A stretch of DNA of 64,000 bases from an uncultured delta proteobacterium (GTDB lineage Bacteria > Myxococcota_A > Polyangia > Fen-1088): NCBI GenBank assembly GCA_963767925.1, contig CAVYGB010000010.1, forward strand, positions 64,001 to 128,000. Direction: 5' to 3'. Of the stretch, positions 10,662 through 22,465 are shown piece after piece; the stretch's first letter is position 1, and the number at the start of each line of letters is the position of its first letter. The notes below the pieces were generated by a model. It was given only the letters and a program-made list of their open reading frames with translations. It searched no databases and was not told the origin of the DNA. A program made the position numbers and the translations under genes.

Positions 10662-11951
10662 ATGCGCAGATCGGCCTGGCTCGCGCTCGGGGTGCTGGCG
10701 GCTTCGGGGCTCGGCTGTGTGGAGCCGGTGACGGGGCAACCGCCCTACCGGGGCACCTTGCAGGTGCGGTCGCTGATGGCCCGCACCGGTCCCACCTCCG
10801 ACAACGGCGCCGAATATTACCAGGGCATCCACGACGCCATCCGCGAGACCAACGACGTCGGCGGCATCCGGGGCTACACGATCGAGGAGGTCTTCCACGA
10901 CCACGGCTACAACATCCAGAACGCCCGGGACAAATACGCCGAGTGGAAGGCCGACCCCTCCTGGCGGGACGTCCTGATGTTCTTCAGCTGGGGGACGCCC
11001 GACAGCGAGGCTTTCGCCGCTGACTCCGCCCTGGAGGGCAAACCCTTCATCTCGGGCTCGTACGCCACGACCCTGGCCACCCCCACGCCCCAGTCGCGCC
11101 AGGTGACCCTGCCCGACGGCACCCAGCAGACCTTCAGCACCACGGGCGCCCCCTTCAACTTCTTCGCCGGCACCGACTACTCCACCCAGATCCGGATCGC
11201 GATGCGCTTCATCAAGGACCGGGGGGGACGCAAGATCGCCTTCGCCTACTGCAAGATGTCCTCGTTCTGCACCCAGCCCATCCCGGCCGGCAAGACCTAC
11301 GCCGACGAGATCGGCCTGACGGTGGCGCCCGACTTCATCCCCGAGCTCAACGAGGACGAGGCCACCATCGAGGCCAACCTGCAGCGCTACGCCGCCGCCA
11401 ACCCGGACGTCGACTGGTTCTGGGTGGGTAACTCGCCCCTGACCACCATCGCCACCATCAAGGCCGCCCGCAAGCACCTGCCCAACGCCAAGCTGATCGC
11501 CAACCTCTACGGCTTCGACGAGCGCTGCGGGACCGACTGCGCCGGCAACGCCTACGTCGTGATGTCCTTCGCCGCCTTCGGCGAGAACACCCGCCCGGGC
11601 GCGGCCGAGGTGGTGCGGGTGCACGACAAGTGGCGGCGGTCCGACGGACACGAGCTCACCCGCTACGCCAACGTCCGTTACGTGCAGGGCTTCGTGAGCT
11701 TCCTGATGTTCCAGAAGGGGGTGGAGAACCTCATCAACCAGGGGATGGAGATCAACGGCCGCAACCTCAAGGAGGCGCTGGAGGGCTTCGACCGGGTCGA
11801 CGTCGGCGGCCTCACCGCGCCGATCAGCTTCAGCCCGGACGACCACCGCCCCACCGACCGAACCCGGATCTATTCCGTCAACGAGTTCGGCCGGTTCCGC
11901 TTCGAGACCGAGGTGAAGGTCACCCTCCAGAACGACTGGCTGGGCTGGTAG
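10662..11951 (+). CDS. LivJ/Peripla_BP_6-type ABC substrate-binding lipoprotein (orphan)
   Basis: Lipobox GLGC; TGPTSD..G, GGIRG, SWGT, GGLTAPISFSPDDH. Confidence 0.85.
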   Translation: MRRSAWLALGVLAASGLGCVEPVTGQPPYRGTLQVRSLMARTGPTSDNGAEYYQGIHDAIRETNDVGGIRGYTIEEVFHDHGYNIQNARDKYAEWKADPSWRDVLMFFSWGTPDSEAFAADSALEGKPFISGSYATTLATPTPQSRQVTLPDGTQQTFSTTGAPFNFFAGTDYSTQIRIAMRFIKDRGGRKIAFAYCKMSSFCTQPIPAGKTYADEIGLTVAPDFIPELNEDEATIEANLQRYAAANPDVDWFWVGNSPLTTIATIKAARKHLPNAKLIANLYGFDERCGTDCAGNAYVVMSFAAFGENTRPGAAEVVRVHDKWRRSDGHELTRYANVRYVQGFVSFLMFQKGVENLINQGMEINGRNLKEALEGFDRVDVGGLTAPISFSPDDHRPTDRTRIYSVNEFGRFRFETEVKVTLQNDWLGW

Positions 11952-11960
11952 CGCCCAGCG

Positions 11961-14900
11961 CTACATGCCGCTGCCCGAGAGGCTGGCGCTGACCCCGTTG
12001 GTGGGGGAGGCCGTCACCGAGAGGGCGGCCGCCTTGGCCCCCGCCGTCCGGGGCTCGAACACCACGTCGATGGCGCAGCTCCCGCCTGCCGGGAGGGTGG
12101 TGCCGGCGCACTCGTTGCGGGTGATCCGGAAGCTGGTGGCGTCGGCGCCGTCCAGGCTCACCGCCACCTGACCGGTGCCGGGGATCCCGGCGTCGTTCGA
12201 GTTCGTCACCGTGAAGGTGGTGGCCCCCGAGGTGGCGTTGAGGGCCACCCCGCCGAAAGGCCGCCCGTCGGGCGTGATGGCGAGCGCCGAGACGGCGTGG
12301 CCCCGCAGGTTCAGGGTCGAGCCGGTGGCGGCGCCCCCCACGATGAGGGTGGAGGCCAGGTTGGGCGCGGCGGCCCCCGCGGCCGGCAGGGCCTGGGGAC
12401 GGAAGAAGATCCGCACCGTGCAGGCCTCTCCCGGCGGTCCCCCCTGCAGGCCATCCTGGGTCAGGTCGAAGCAGTCGCTCGCCGTCCCCGGGTTGGTGTC
12501 GAAGCGAAAGTTGACCGAGTCGCCGAGGGTGAAGGTGGGGGCGGGGACGCGCTGACCGTTGTCGACGTTGCGCACGACCACGTCGATCGCCGTCTCCGAC
12601 CCGACCGCCTTGTTGCCGAACTCCACCGTGGTGCCCGCCCCGGCCGCGCCGCCGATGCTCACAACCTGGATCACGCTCGGCAAGACGGCGTTGGCGCTGA
12701 GGGCCACCGAGGCGCTGGCCGCCCCCGCGGTGGCGGTCAGCGTCGCGGCCCGGGCCGCGATGGCCATCGGGGTGAGCACGACGGTGACGGTGCAGGTGCC
12801 GTTGGGCGGGAGGGCCGCCGTGCAGGTGTTGTTCTCGGCCCCCGCCGGGACGGCGAACTCCGCCCCCTGGGGCCCCGCCAGGGCGATCCGGGGCCCCGCC
12901 GCGGTGGCGGCGCCCCCGGTGTTGCGGACGGTGAAGACGCGGGCAGTGGCGGCGATCCCCACCAGGGCCTCACCCCAGCTCGCCCCCTCGGGCGGGGCCT
13001 CGATGCGCAGGCCGGGCACCACCACCCGCCCCTGCACGGAGGCGGAGGCGGTCTGGGCCGCGCCGCCAGCGGGGGTGCCGACGAGCTGCACCGAGCCGGT
13101 CACGGTCCCGGCGGTCGCCGCCATGTCCGGCTGGAAGCGGGCGGTGACGGTGCACATGCCGCCAGCGGGGATGCTCGGCGCGCAGGTCTGGGCGGCGACA
13201 CTGAAGCCGGCGCCGGTGCTGGTCGCCGCGCCCGCCGCCACCGCCACCGGCACGCCGGTCTCGTTGGTGACGGTGAGGACGCGCTCGATGGGCGCCGCCA
13301 CGCCCGGGGTGGCCGCGCCGAAGTCCGAGGGGGTGGGCGCGAGGTAGATGCCGCCGACCGGCAGCCCCACCCCGGTCAGGAGCTTGTCCTGGTTGCCGGA
13401 GACCGCGCCGAAGCCGGTGGCCGACACCCGCAGGGTCCCCATCAGGTTGCCGAGCGCGGTGTTGGGCCGGAAGCGCAGCACCAGGTCACAGATCGCGCTC
13501 GCCGCCAGGGGATCGCCGGCCACGCACACCGGGTTGCCGGTGTCGGGGTTCGTGCCGGAGGCCAGGACCCGCTCGAAGTTGGTCGGGATCTCGATCTGCA
13601 GGGCCCCTGCCCCCACCCCGCCGCTGTTCTGCACCTGCACCAGGTGGGCGACGCTCACCTGGTTGACCTTCACCCCTCCGAAGTCGCGAGGGGCGTTGCC
13701 GTCCAGGTAGACCAGGGCGGCGTCGGCGCGCAGGGTGCCGCTCACTTCGGCGACCGCCGCCGTCGTGGCGGCGGCGCCGCTGGCCAGCAGGCGGGCGTAT
13801 TTCTTCCCGGCGGTGGCGCCGGCCGGCGTGATCATGGCGACCTCGACCCGGCAGCTCGCGCCCCCCGCCAGGCTCGGCGGGCAGACCGCCGCGGCGGTCG
13901 AGCTCGGCAGGAGCTGGAAGTAGGAGGGACCGTCGGCGGTCGCGCCCACCAGGCTGCTCGGCTGGAGCTGGGTCGTGAGGGCCACCGCCTCGGTGCCGCG
14001 GTTGGTGACGATGAACTCGCGCCGCGGAGGGGTGGGCTGGCTCGCGCTGGGCTGGCCGAGGACGTTGAGGCCCCCGCTGTCGAAGTCGAAGGCCCCGGGC
14101 GTGACAACCAGGGTCGACAGGCCCGTGCCGCCCAGCCGCAGCGCCAGCGAGCCGCCCGGGTTGGCGAAGGCCCGGATCACGCCGGCCCGGGCCCCGGTGG
14201 CCCCCGGCGAGAAGCGCACGTCGAAGGTGCAGCTCTCACCCGCGGCCAGCGGCCGGGGGGAGGTGTTGTCGGCCAGCAGGCAGCCGTTGCGGCTGACGGC
14301 GAAGTCGCCGCCTGCCTGGGTCGTGTCGAGCTGGATGCCGCCGGTGGTCGGCCGGTCGGCAGCGTTGGAGACCCGGAACATCTGGGTGGCCCCCGCCGAG
14401 CCCACGGGCACCGTGCCGAAGTCGTGGGTGGCCGGATCGACCCCGATCTGGGCCGCCGGGGTGGCGGTGCCCGAGATGGCCACCGCGGAGGTCTCGGTCT
14501 GGTTGGCTCCGGCCACCATGAAGGTCCCGGTGGCGGTGAGGGTGGTGGCCTTGGCCCCGGGGGTGGTCGGGATGAACCGGACCGTGACCGCGCAGGTCGC
14601 GCCCGCCGCGGGTGGGCTGGTCGCGCAGGTGTCCGAGGCGACGACGTAGTCGGTGCTGCCGGCCAGGCTGACCGCGACGGCGGTCATCGGGAGGGGGCCC
14701 CGGTTGGCCAGCTCGAACACCTGGTCGGTGGTGCTGCCCGCCGGCCGGTCTCCGAAGTTGTGAGGCCGCGGCGAGAACTGCAGGGGTCCGGTACCGGTCC
14801 CGGTCAACGCCACCCGGGTGCTGACCCCATCCGAGGTTGTGACCACCAGGCTGCCGGCCTTGGGGCCCGCCGACTGCGGCTGGAAGCGCACCCGGATGGT

Positions 14901-17486
14901 GCAGCTCCCACCGGACATGAGCTGGGGCGTGACCTCGCAGTCACCGCCCGAGCGGGCGAAGCTGGGGGGCGAGCCGCCGCCGTCGAAGGTGACCGTGTAG
15001 GTGCCCGTGTCGACGAGCGCGGCCAGGGTGAAGGTCTCTTCGGTCCCCACCAGGCCGGAGGTGAGCTCGCCGAAGCTGAAGGCGTTGATGGCCGTCCCGG
15101 GCGGGTTCTGGAGCTGCAGCAGCCCGCGGCCCGCGCCCTGCAGCAGCAGGCTGGCCACGCCGCCGGAGCCCGCCATCACGTTGACCGTCGCGTCCCGGTC
15201 CCCGGCCAGGGTCGGCCGGAAGAACACGGTCATCGAGCACTGCCCGCCGGCCGCCAGGGGCGGGCCGCAGGTGTTGCTGCCGGGGACGATGCCGAAGTCG
15301 CCGGGGTGGTTGCCCTGGATCACCGTCGCCAGCATGCCGGTCGAGGCCTGGCCGGTGTTGCGCAGGAAGACCTGGGTCCCGGGCATCGATTCGGTCCCCA
15401 CCGGCAGCGCGCTGAACCCGAGCAGGGTGAGGTTGGACCCGGTGGCCTGCTGGAAGGCGATCGAGGCGGGCATTGCCCCGGTCGCGCTCAGGGCCGCGGT
15501 GACCGCCCCGCCCGGGTTGGCGCTGACCCGCAGGTCGGTGCTGAAGTCGCCGACGTTGGCGGCCACGAAGCGCACCGCCGCCGAGCAGGACTCCCCCGAG
15601 GTGAGGATCTGGTTCTGGCAGCCGTTCGAGCCGATCACGAACTGGCCCGAGCCGGTGCTGAGCTGGACCAGGCCGGTGTCGGAGTCGCCCCGGTTGATCA
15701 CGGTGAAGATGACCTCGCTCGACATCTGACCGAGCCCCACCGTGCCGAAGCTGGCCGCGGTCTGCAGCAGCGCCAGCCGGGCGCCGGTGACCCCCAGCCC
15801 GCTCAACATGGCGCCGGTGGTGCCGGCCCGCTCGGCAACCGCCGTGAGGGGCGAGCTGCGCTGGCCCGCGCCGCCCGGCGCAAAGGCCACCGACAGCGAG
15901 CAGGTGGCGCCCGGCTCGAGGGAGCGGTCCTGACAGGAGTCGGTCCCCGGCACGATCTTGAAGTCTCCGCTGGTGGTGGTCACCCGGATCGCGCCGGTTG
16001 CCGCCCCGCCCGTGTTGGTGATGGTGAAGCTGCCGCCGGCGCTGCTCTGGCCGACCGTCACGCCGCCGAAGTTGCGCTCGGCCGGCGAGATGCTGATCGA
16101 CGGGCGGCTGACCCCGGTGCCCGCGACGGTGGTCTCGGCGGCGGCGATGTCCATGCCGCGCACCTTGCCCCTGACCCGCACGATGCTGGTGGCGGCCCCC
16201 TCGGCCGCCGGGGTGAACACGACGGTGAGGTCGCAGGAGGCGCCGGCCGCCAGGCGGGTGCCGCAGGTGTGGCGCAGGGCGAACCGGGCGTCGGTGCTCT
16301 CGGGCCGCAGCTCCTCGATCTCCTCCTGCCCCTCGTTGCGCACGGTGAGGACCAGCTCCGGGCTGGCGCTGCCCACCGCCACCGGCACGAAGCTCGGTCG
16401 CTCGGGCCCCAGCACGAGGGCGGCCGGCGGCACCCCGTTGCCGCTGAGGGGCACGCCCACCGCGTCGCCGCCGCTCACCGAGAGGGCCAGCACGCCGCGC
16501 TTGGCGCCCACCGACTTGGGGGTGAAGGCGACCTGCAAGGTACAGGTCCCGCTGGCCGCGATCAGGGCCGGGCAGCCGCTGGTGACGAGGAAGTCCATGC
16601 TGCTGGCGGTGGCCCGGAACTCGGTGACCGGCGCGGTGCCGGGGTTCTTGATGGTCACCATGGTGGGGCGGCCGGTGCGGCCGACGCCCACCGCCTCGAA
16701 GTCGACCGCGCTCGGCAGCGACTCGACCGCCGGGCGGGCGACGCCGTTGCCCGCCAGCTCGACCGTCACGGTCGGAGAGCCGGTCACGGCGGCGATGAGG
16801 GTGCCGGTCTTGGGGCCCACCGAGGTCGGCTTGAACACGACCGGCTGCATGCAGGAGGTGCCCGCCGCCAGGGTGGCGGTACAGGTGCCACCCATCCGCT
16901 CGAAGCCTTCCCCGGTGATCCGCAGGTCGAGGCCCGCCGCCTGCAGCGTGCCCTCGTTCCGGATCATGACCGCCTTGGCCTCGCTGGTGCCGCCCACCGA
17001 GATCGACCCGAAGCTGAGGTCCATCTGGGTGATGGTGAGGACCGCCGGGCGATTGGCCTTGCCGGTGAGGCTGGCCGTCTTGCGCCCGCCGCCCGCGCTG
17101 ATCTCGAGGGTGGCGGCCAGATCCCCGGCCCGCGTGGGTTTGAAGACCACCATGACCACACAGCTCTGGTTGCGGTTGAGGGTGCCGCTGCAGCCGGTGG
17201 CCATGAACTGGTCAGCGGCCGGGCCGGTGGTGATGACCCCGACCGTGTTGAGCGCGCTCGAGTGGACGTTGCGGACGGTGAACATGAGGGCCGCGCTGGT
17301 CTGCCCGACCAGCGTCTCGGGAAAGGCCCGGGTGGCCGGGTCGATCACGACGGGCGCCGGAATTCCGCCGGGTCCGACCGCCGGGCTCTCGCTCCCTCCA
17401 CAGCCTGCCGCGACACCGACACCCAGCACGGCCAGCAGAATCGGAAACGTGCGCCCACGCGGGCCGAAGCTACCTGCGAAAGTCAT
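11961..17486 (-). CDS. 1841-aa surface lipoprotein with 16 choice-of-anchor D/ASH-type Ig-like repeats
   Basis: Lipobox VAAGC; repeated FG.V.VG....F.V.N.G...C...L..G.SC...V.F.P...G...A.L...L.G.G units (16 counted). Start taken at ATG 17486. Confidence 0.88.
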   Translation of the reverse strand: MTFAGSFGPRGRTFPILLAVLGVGVAAGCGGSESPAVGPGGIPAPVVIDPATRAFPETLVGQTSAALMFTVRNVHSSALNTVGVITTGPAADQFMATGCSGTLNRNQSCVVMVVFKPTRAGDLAATLEISAGGGRKTASLTGKANRPAVLTITQMDLSFGSISVGGTSEAKAVMIRNEGTLQAAGLDLRITGEGFERMGGTCTATLAAGTSCMQPVVFKPTSVGPKTGTLIAAVTGSPTVTVELAGNGVARPAVESLPSAVDFEAVGVGRTGRPTMVTIKNPGTAPVTEFRATASSMDFLVTSGCPALIAASGTCTLQVAFTPKSVGAKRGVLALSVSGGDAVGVPLSGNGVPPAALVLGPERPSFVPVAVGSASPELVLTVRNEGQEEIEELRPESTDARFALRHTCGTRLAAGASCDLTVVFTPAAEGAATSIVRVRGKVRGMDIAAAETTVAGTGVSRPSISISPAERNFGGVTVGQSSAGGSFTITNTGGAATGAIRVTTTSGDFKIVPGTDSCQDRSLEPGATCSLSVAFAPGGAGQRSSPLTAVAERAGTTGAMLSGLGVTGARLALLQTAASFGTVGLGQMSSEVIFTVINRGDSDTGLVQLSTGSGQFVIGSNGCQNQILTSGESCSAAVRFVAANVGDFSTDLRVSANPGGAVTAALSATGAMPASIAFQQATGSNLTLLGFSALPVGTESMPGTQVFLRNTGQASTGMLATVIQGNHPGDFGIVPGSNTCGPPLAAGGQCSMTVFFRPTLAGDRDATVNVMAGSGGVASLLLQGAGRGLLQLQNPPGTAINAFSFGELTSGLVGTEETFTLAALVDTGTYTVTFDGGGSPPSFARSGGDCEVTPQLMSGGSCTIRVRFQPQSAGPKAGSLVVTTSDGVSTRVALTGTGTGPLQFSPRPHNFGDRPAGSTTDQVFELANRGPLPMTAVAVSLAGSTDYVVASDTCATSPPAAGATCAVTVRFIPTTPGAKATTLTATGTFMVAGANQTETSAVAISGTATPAAQIGVDPATHDFGTVPVGSAGATQMFRVSNAADRPTTGGIQLDTTQAGGDFAVSRNGCLLADNTSPRPLAAGESCTFDVRFSPGATGARAGVIRAFANPGGSLALRLGGTGLSTLVVTPGAFDFDSGGLNVLGQPSASQPTPPRREFIVTNRGTEAVALTTQLQPSSLVGATADGPSYFQLLPSSTAAAVCPPSLAGGASCRVEVAMITPAGATAGKKYARLLASGAAATTAAVAEVSGTLRADAALVYLDGNAPRDFGGVKVNQVSVAHLVQVQNSGGVGAGALQIEIPTNFERVLASGTNPDTGNPVCVAGDPLAASAICDLVLRFRPNTALGNLMGTLRVSATGFGAVSGNQDKLLTGVGLPVGGIYLAPTPSDFGAATPGVAAPIERVLTVTNETGVPVAVAAGAATSTGAGFSVAAQTCAPSIPAGGMCTVTARFQPDMAATAGTVTGSVQLVGTPAGGAAQTASASVQGRVVVPGLRIEAPPEGASWGEALVGIAATARVFTVRNTGGAATAAGPRIALAGPQGAEFAVPAGAENNTCTAALPPNGTCTVTVVLTPMAIAARAATLTATAGAASASVALSANAVLPSVIQVVSIGGAAGAGTTVEFGNKAVGSETAIDVVVRNVDNGQRVPAPTFTLGDSVNFRFDTNPGTASDCFDLTQDGLQGGPPGEACTVRIFFRPQALPAAGAAAPNLASTLIVGGAATGSTLNLRGHAVSALAITPDGRPFGGVALNATSGATTFTVTNSNDAGIPGTGQVAVSLDGADATSFRITRNECAGTTLPAGGSCAIDVVFEPRTAGAKAAALSVTASPTNGVSASLSGSGM

Positions 17487-17791
17487 GAATCTAGCCTCCG
17501 TCTCGGTCGATCGAGCACCGCCGACTCCGCCGGGCGACGACCGTAAAATATCGAGGAAAGGCGCCCAGTTTTGTGGATCAATCGGGAAAAGCGCAAGCAA
17601 AAATCGGCTCGAATTGGCAGGGATTGAGCCTGACGGCGGGGGTGCCCGGCGTGCTCCGATCCACAGGCGATACGTCGATCCGGCAGGTCCGCGCCCAGCT
17701 GGCGGCGGACACGCCCGCCGCCCTCTCCCGGTGTCACCTTCCCGGCGTCTTCCGGGACCGTTCCTTCGAAGGTGGCGACAGCGTCGACGTC

Positions 17792-17821
17792 GAAGAAACC
17801 TGAAGAAACCTGAAGAAACCT
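17792..17821. repeat. Perfect 10-bp tandem repeat (GAAGAAACCT)x3
   Basis: Read directly; followed by degenerate GGAGAAGAC/CCGAAGAC; about 90 bp upstream of gyrA. Confidence 0.9.
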
Positions 17822-17910
17822 GGAGAAGACACCCGAAGACATCTTCTGTGATGACGGTCGCAAGCTACTCCGTTCCAGCCGCCCTGCCGTGGTAGGGTGA
17901 ATCGGGACCC

Positions 17911-20565
17911 ATGGACAGCGTCGACGGCAACCCGCCTACTCCCCCGTCTTCTCCCCCGTCTTCCCCATTTGGCCAGCGCATCCCGGTGGCCATCGAGGAG
18001 GAGATGAAGTCCTCCTTCATGGACTACGCGATGAGCGTCATCGTGTCACGCGCCCTGCCGGACGTGCGCGACGGCCTCAAGCCGGTCCATCGGCGGATCC
18101 TCTACACCCAGCATCTGACCAGCAACGTCTGGAACCGCGCTTACGTCAAGTGCGCCCGCGTGGTCGGGGAGGTGCTGGGCCGCTTCCACCCCCACGGCGA
18201 CTCGGCGGCCTACGATGCGCTGGTCCGTCTCGCCCAGGACTTCGCCATGCGCTATCCGCTCATCGACGGGCAGGGCAACTTCGGATCGGTCGACGGCGAC
18301 CCCCCGGCAGCCTACCGCTACACCGAGTGCCGCATGGAGAAGATCGGCGGCGAGCTGCTGGCCGACATCGACAAGGAGACGGTCGAGTTCCAGCCGAACT
18401 ACGACGACAAGGAGATGGAGCCGACGGTCCTGCCGACCAGGCTCCCCAACCTGCTGGTCAACGGGGCTTCGGGCATCGCCGTCGGCATGGCGACCAACAT
18501 CCCGCCCCACAACTTGCGCGAGATCGTCACCGCCACCATCGCCCTCATCAAGAATCCCCAGGTGACGATCGACGAGCTGCTGGAGCTGGTGCCGGGCCCC
18601 GACTTCCCCACTGGCGGCACCATCTGCGGCCGCGAGGGGATCCGGCAGGCCTACCGCACGGGGCGGGGATCCATCCTCGTGCGCGCCCGCACCACCATCG
18701 AGGAGCACCCCAAGTCGGGGCGCAAGTCGATCATCGCCACCGAGATCCCCTACCAGGTCAACAAGTCCAAGCTGATCGAGAAGATCGCCGAGCTGACCCG
18801 GGACAAGAAGATCGACGGCATCTCCGACATCCGGGACGAGTCGGACCGGGACGGCATGCGCATCGTCGTCGACCTGAAGAAGGACGCCGTGCCGGAGGTG
18901 GTGCTCAACAACCTCTGGAAGATGACCCCCCTGCAGGACTCCTTCGGGGTCAACATGCTGGCCATCGTCGACGGCCGCCCGCGGGTGCTCTCCCTCAAGG
19001 AGGCGCTCGTCCACTTCGTGCAACACCGGCGCGAGGTTGTGACCCGCCGCACCCAGTTCGACCTGCGTCAGGCCCAGGAGCGGATGCACATCCTCGAGGG
19101 CCTCAAGATCGCCGTCGACAACATCGACGCGGTCATCGACCTGATCCGCTCGTCGAAGGACACCGACGGCGCCAAGCAGGGGCTGATCGAGACCTTCGAG
19201 CTGTCGGCCCGCCAGGCCCAGGCCATCCTCGACATGCGGCTGGCCAAGCTGACCGGCCTCGAGCGGGAGGCCCTCGTGCAGGAGATCGCCGAGGTGAGCG
19301 CCCTCATCGCCCGCCTGGAGGGGATCCTCGCCGACGAGGGCGTCATGACCGGGGTCATCGTGTCGGAGCTCGAGGAGATCCGCACCCTGTACGGGGATGA
19401 CCGGCGCACCGTCATCTCGGAGATCGACGTCGACATCGACCTCGAGGACATGATCGCGCCCGAGGAGATGGTCGTCACCGTCACCCACGGGGGGTACGTC
19501 AAGCGCAGCGCCAAGAACCTGTACCGGGCCCAGCGCCGGGGCGGACGGGGCATCACCGGGGCGGCCACCCACGAAGAGGACTTCGTGTCGCAGATGTTCG
19601 TGGCCTCCACCCACGACAACCTGCTGATGTTCACCAGCAAGGGGCGGGTCTACGCCCGCAAGGTCTGGGAGGTCCCGGCCGCCGGGCGGGCCGCCCGGGG
19701 CAAGGCCTTCGTCAACCTCCTGCCCCTGCAGGAGGGCGAGCGGGTGATGGCCCTGCTGCCGGTGCGCGAGTTCGCCGAGGGGGCCTTCGTCGTGATGGCC
19801 ACCCAGCGGGGGACCATCAAGAAGACCTCCCTGGGAGCCTTCACCAGCATCCGCCAGAGCGGCATAATCGCCCTGACCATCGAGGACGACGACGCCCTGG
19901 TGGGCGTGCGCATCACCGAGGGGAACGCCGACCTCCTGCTCGGCACCCGCGACGGCTGGGCCATCCGCTTCCGCGAGGAGAACGTGCGCCCCATGGGCCG
20001 CTCGGCGCGGGGGGTGCGGGGGATCAAGCTGCGCGAGGACGACGACCGGGTGGTGGGCATGGCGGTGGTGCCACGCGAGCAGCCGGTCACCCTGCTGACG
20101 GTGTGCGAGCGGGGCTACGGCAAGCGCACCCCCACCTCCGACTACCCGACCAAGAACCGGGGCGGCAAGGGGGTCATCACCATCAAGACCACCGACCGCA
20201 ACGGCAAGGTGGTCGGCCTGCGCATCGTGACCGACGAGGACGACCTGATGTTGATCACCGACGGGGGCAAGCTGATCCGCATGCCGGTCGACGGCATCCC
20301 CACCATCGGACGCAACACCCAGGGGGTCCGCCTCATCCGCCTCGAGGAGGGGGAGCAGGTGGTGGCCATGGAGCGTCTGGCGGAGAAGGAAGAGGGCGAA
20401 GAGGTCCCACCGGAGGTGGCCGCCGCCCGCGCCGAGGCGCTCACCCTGGCCGAGGAGGACCTCGGCGAGGAGGCGGCCGAGGAGGAGGAGAGCGAGGGCG
20501 AGGGCGAGGAGGACGAGGAAGGTGGCGGCGGCGACGACGGCAACGGCACCCCGGGCTCCAACTAG
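17911..20565 (+). CDS. gyrA: DNA gyrase subunit A
   Basis: [25 protein letters not shown] catalytic Tyr, GyrA-box QRRGGRG, acidic C-terminal tail. Confidence 0.98.
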   Translation: MDSVDGNPPTPPSSPPSSPFGQRIPVAIEEEMKSSFMDYAMSVIVSRALPDVRDGLKPVHRRILYTQHLTSNVWNRAYVKCARVVGEVLGRFHPHGDSAAYDALVRLAQDFAMRYPLIDGQGNFGSVDGDPPAAYRYTECRMEKIGGELLADIDKETVEFQPNYDDKEMEPTVLPTRLPNLLVNGASGIAVGMATNIPPHNLREIVTATIALIKNPQVTIDELLELVPGPDFPTGGTICGREGIRQAYRTGRGSILVRARTTIEEHPKSGRKSIIATEIPYQVNKSKLIEKIAELTRDKKIDGISDIRDESDRDGMRIVVDLKKDAVPEVVLNNLWKMTPLQDSFGVNMLAIVDGRPRVLSLKEALVHFVQHRREVVTRRTQFDLRQAQERMHILEGLKIAVDNIDAVIDLIRSSKDTDGAKQGLIETFELSARQAQAILDMRLAKLTGLEREALVQEIAEVSALIARLEGILADEGVMTGVIVSELEEIRTLYGDDRRTVISEIDVDIDLEDMIAPEEMVVTVTHGGYVKRSAKNLYRAQRRGGRGITGAATHEEDFVSQMFVASTHDNLLMFTSKGRVYARKVWEVPAAGRAARGKAFVNLLPLQEGERVMALLPVREFAEGAFVVMATQRGTIKKTSLGAFTSIRQSGIIALTIEDDDALVGVRITEGNADLLLGTRDGWAIRFREENVRPMGRSARGVRGIKLREDDDRVVGMAVVPREQPVTLLTVCERGYGKRTPTSDYPTKNRGGKGVITIKTTDRNGKVVGLRIVTDEDDLMLITDGGKLIRMPVDGIPTIGRNTQGVRLIRLEEGEQVVAMERLAEKEEGEEVPPEVAAARAEALTLAEEDLGEEAAEEEESEGEGEEDEEGGGGDDGNGTPGSN

Positions 20566-20577
20566 GCCAGGACGACC

Positions 20578-21873
<1,296 letters not shown>

Positions 21874-22036
21874 CCGCTTCCCCACCCCGGGTTCACCTTG
21901 GGAGAGGAAGAGCTTGCCTTCCGCCCAGGGTCTGCCGATGAAAACTTCTAACGGGCTCCGGCAGTAGTCACTGGCGGCCGGCTCGGATTCGGGTTAAATA
22001 GCCCCTCCCCCCGTTCAGGTCGGAGATTCAAAGACC

Positions 22037-22423
22037 ATGCCTAGAAAAAGCCCGCTCGCCCAGGTGAACGAAACCTTTGGCGGTAAAGACAAGCTGGTGG
22101 AGAAGCTGCTCTCTCTGCTCGAGAGCGACGAGCCCAAAGAAGACGTGCGGAAACGCCTGCTGGCGGCGGCGAACAGCAAGCTCCTGCATCTGCACGAGGT
22201 CGCGAGCATGGTGAAGGAAAACTACGGGTCGCGAGACAAGCTCGTGACCGCTGCCGCCGCAGCGCTCGGCCGCAGCAAGGACAAGCACTACCTGGCCAAG
22301 CTGGAGACCTTCTCCACGGCCAAGCTGCTCGACTTCACCATCTCGGCAGAGCGCCGCGCCAAGCGGGCCGCCGAGAAGGGCCGCCGGCCGGGCAAGCCCG
22401 CCGCCGCCCAGGCTACCAAGTAG
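22037..22423 (+). CDS. Small basic hypothetical protein with internal duplication
   Basis: GGAG RBS upstream; Lys/Arg-rich; FGGKDKLV and YGSRDKLV repeats. Confidence 0.75.
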   Translation: MPRKSPLAQVNETFGGKDKLVEKLLSLLESDEPKEDVRKRLLAAANSKLLHLHEVASMVKENYGSRDKLVTAAAAALGRSKDKHYLAKLETFSTAKLLDFTISAERRAKRAAEKGRRPGKPAAAQATK

Positions 22424-22465
22424 CCAGCCAGCGCCACGACCAGGCGGGCCTCTCGGCGGTTTCGC

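Noticed and set aside
12297..17546. 1749-aa plus-strand ORF and many other long antisense/alternate-frame ORFs (e.g. 18046-20793, 41434-44202, 58048-60915, 7714-10512)
   Set aside because: Shadow ORFs from high-GC codon bias overlapping well-supported genes; no recognisable motifs.
18180..18220. Quinolone-resistance substitutions in GyrA
   Set aside because: HGDSAAYD retains the Ser83 and Asp87 equivalents.
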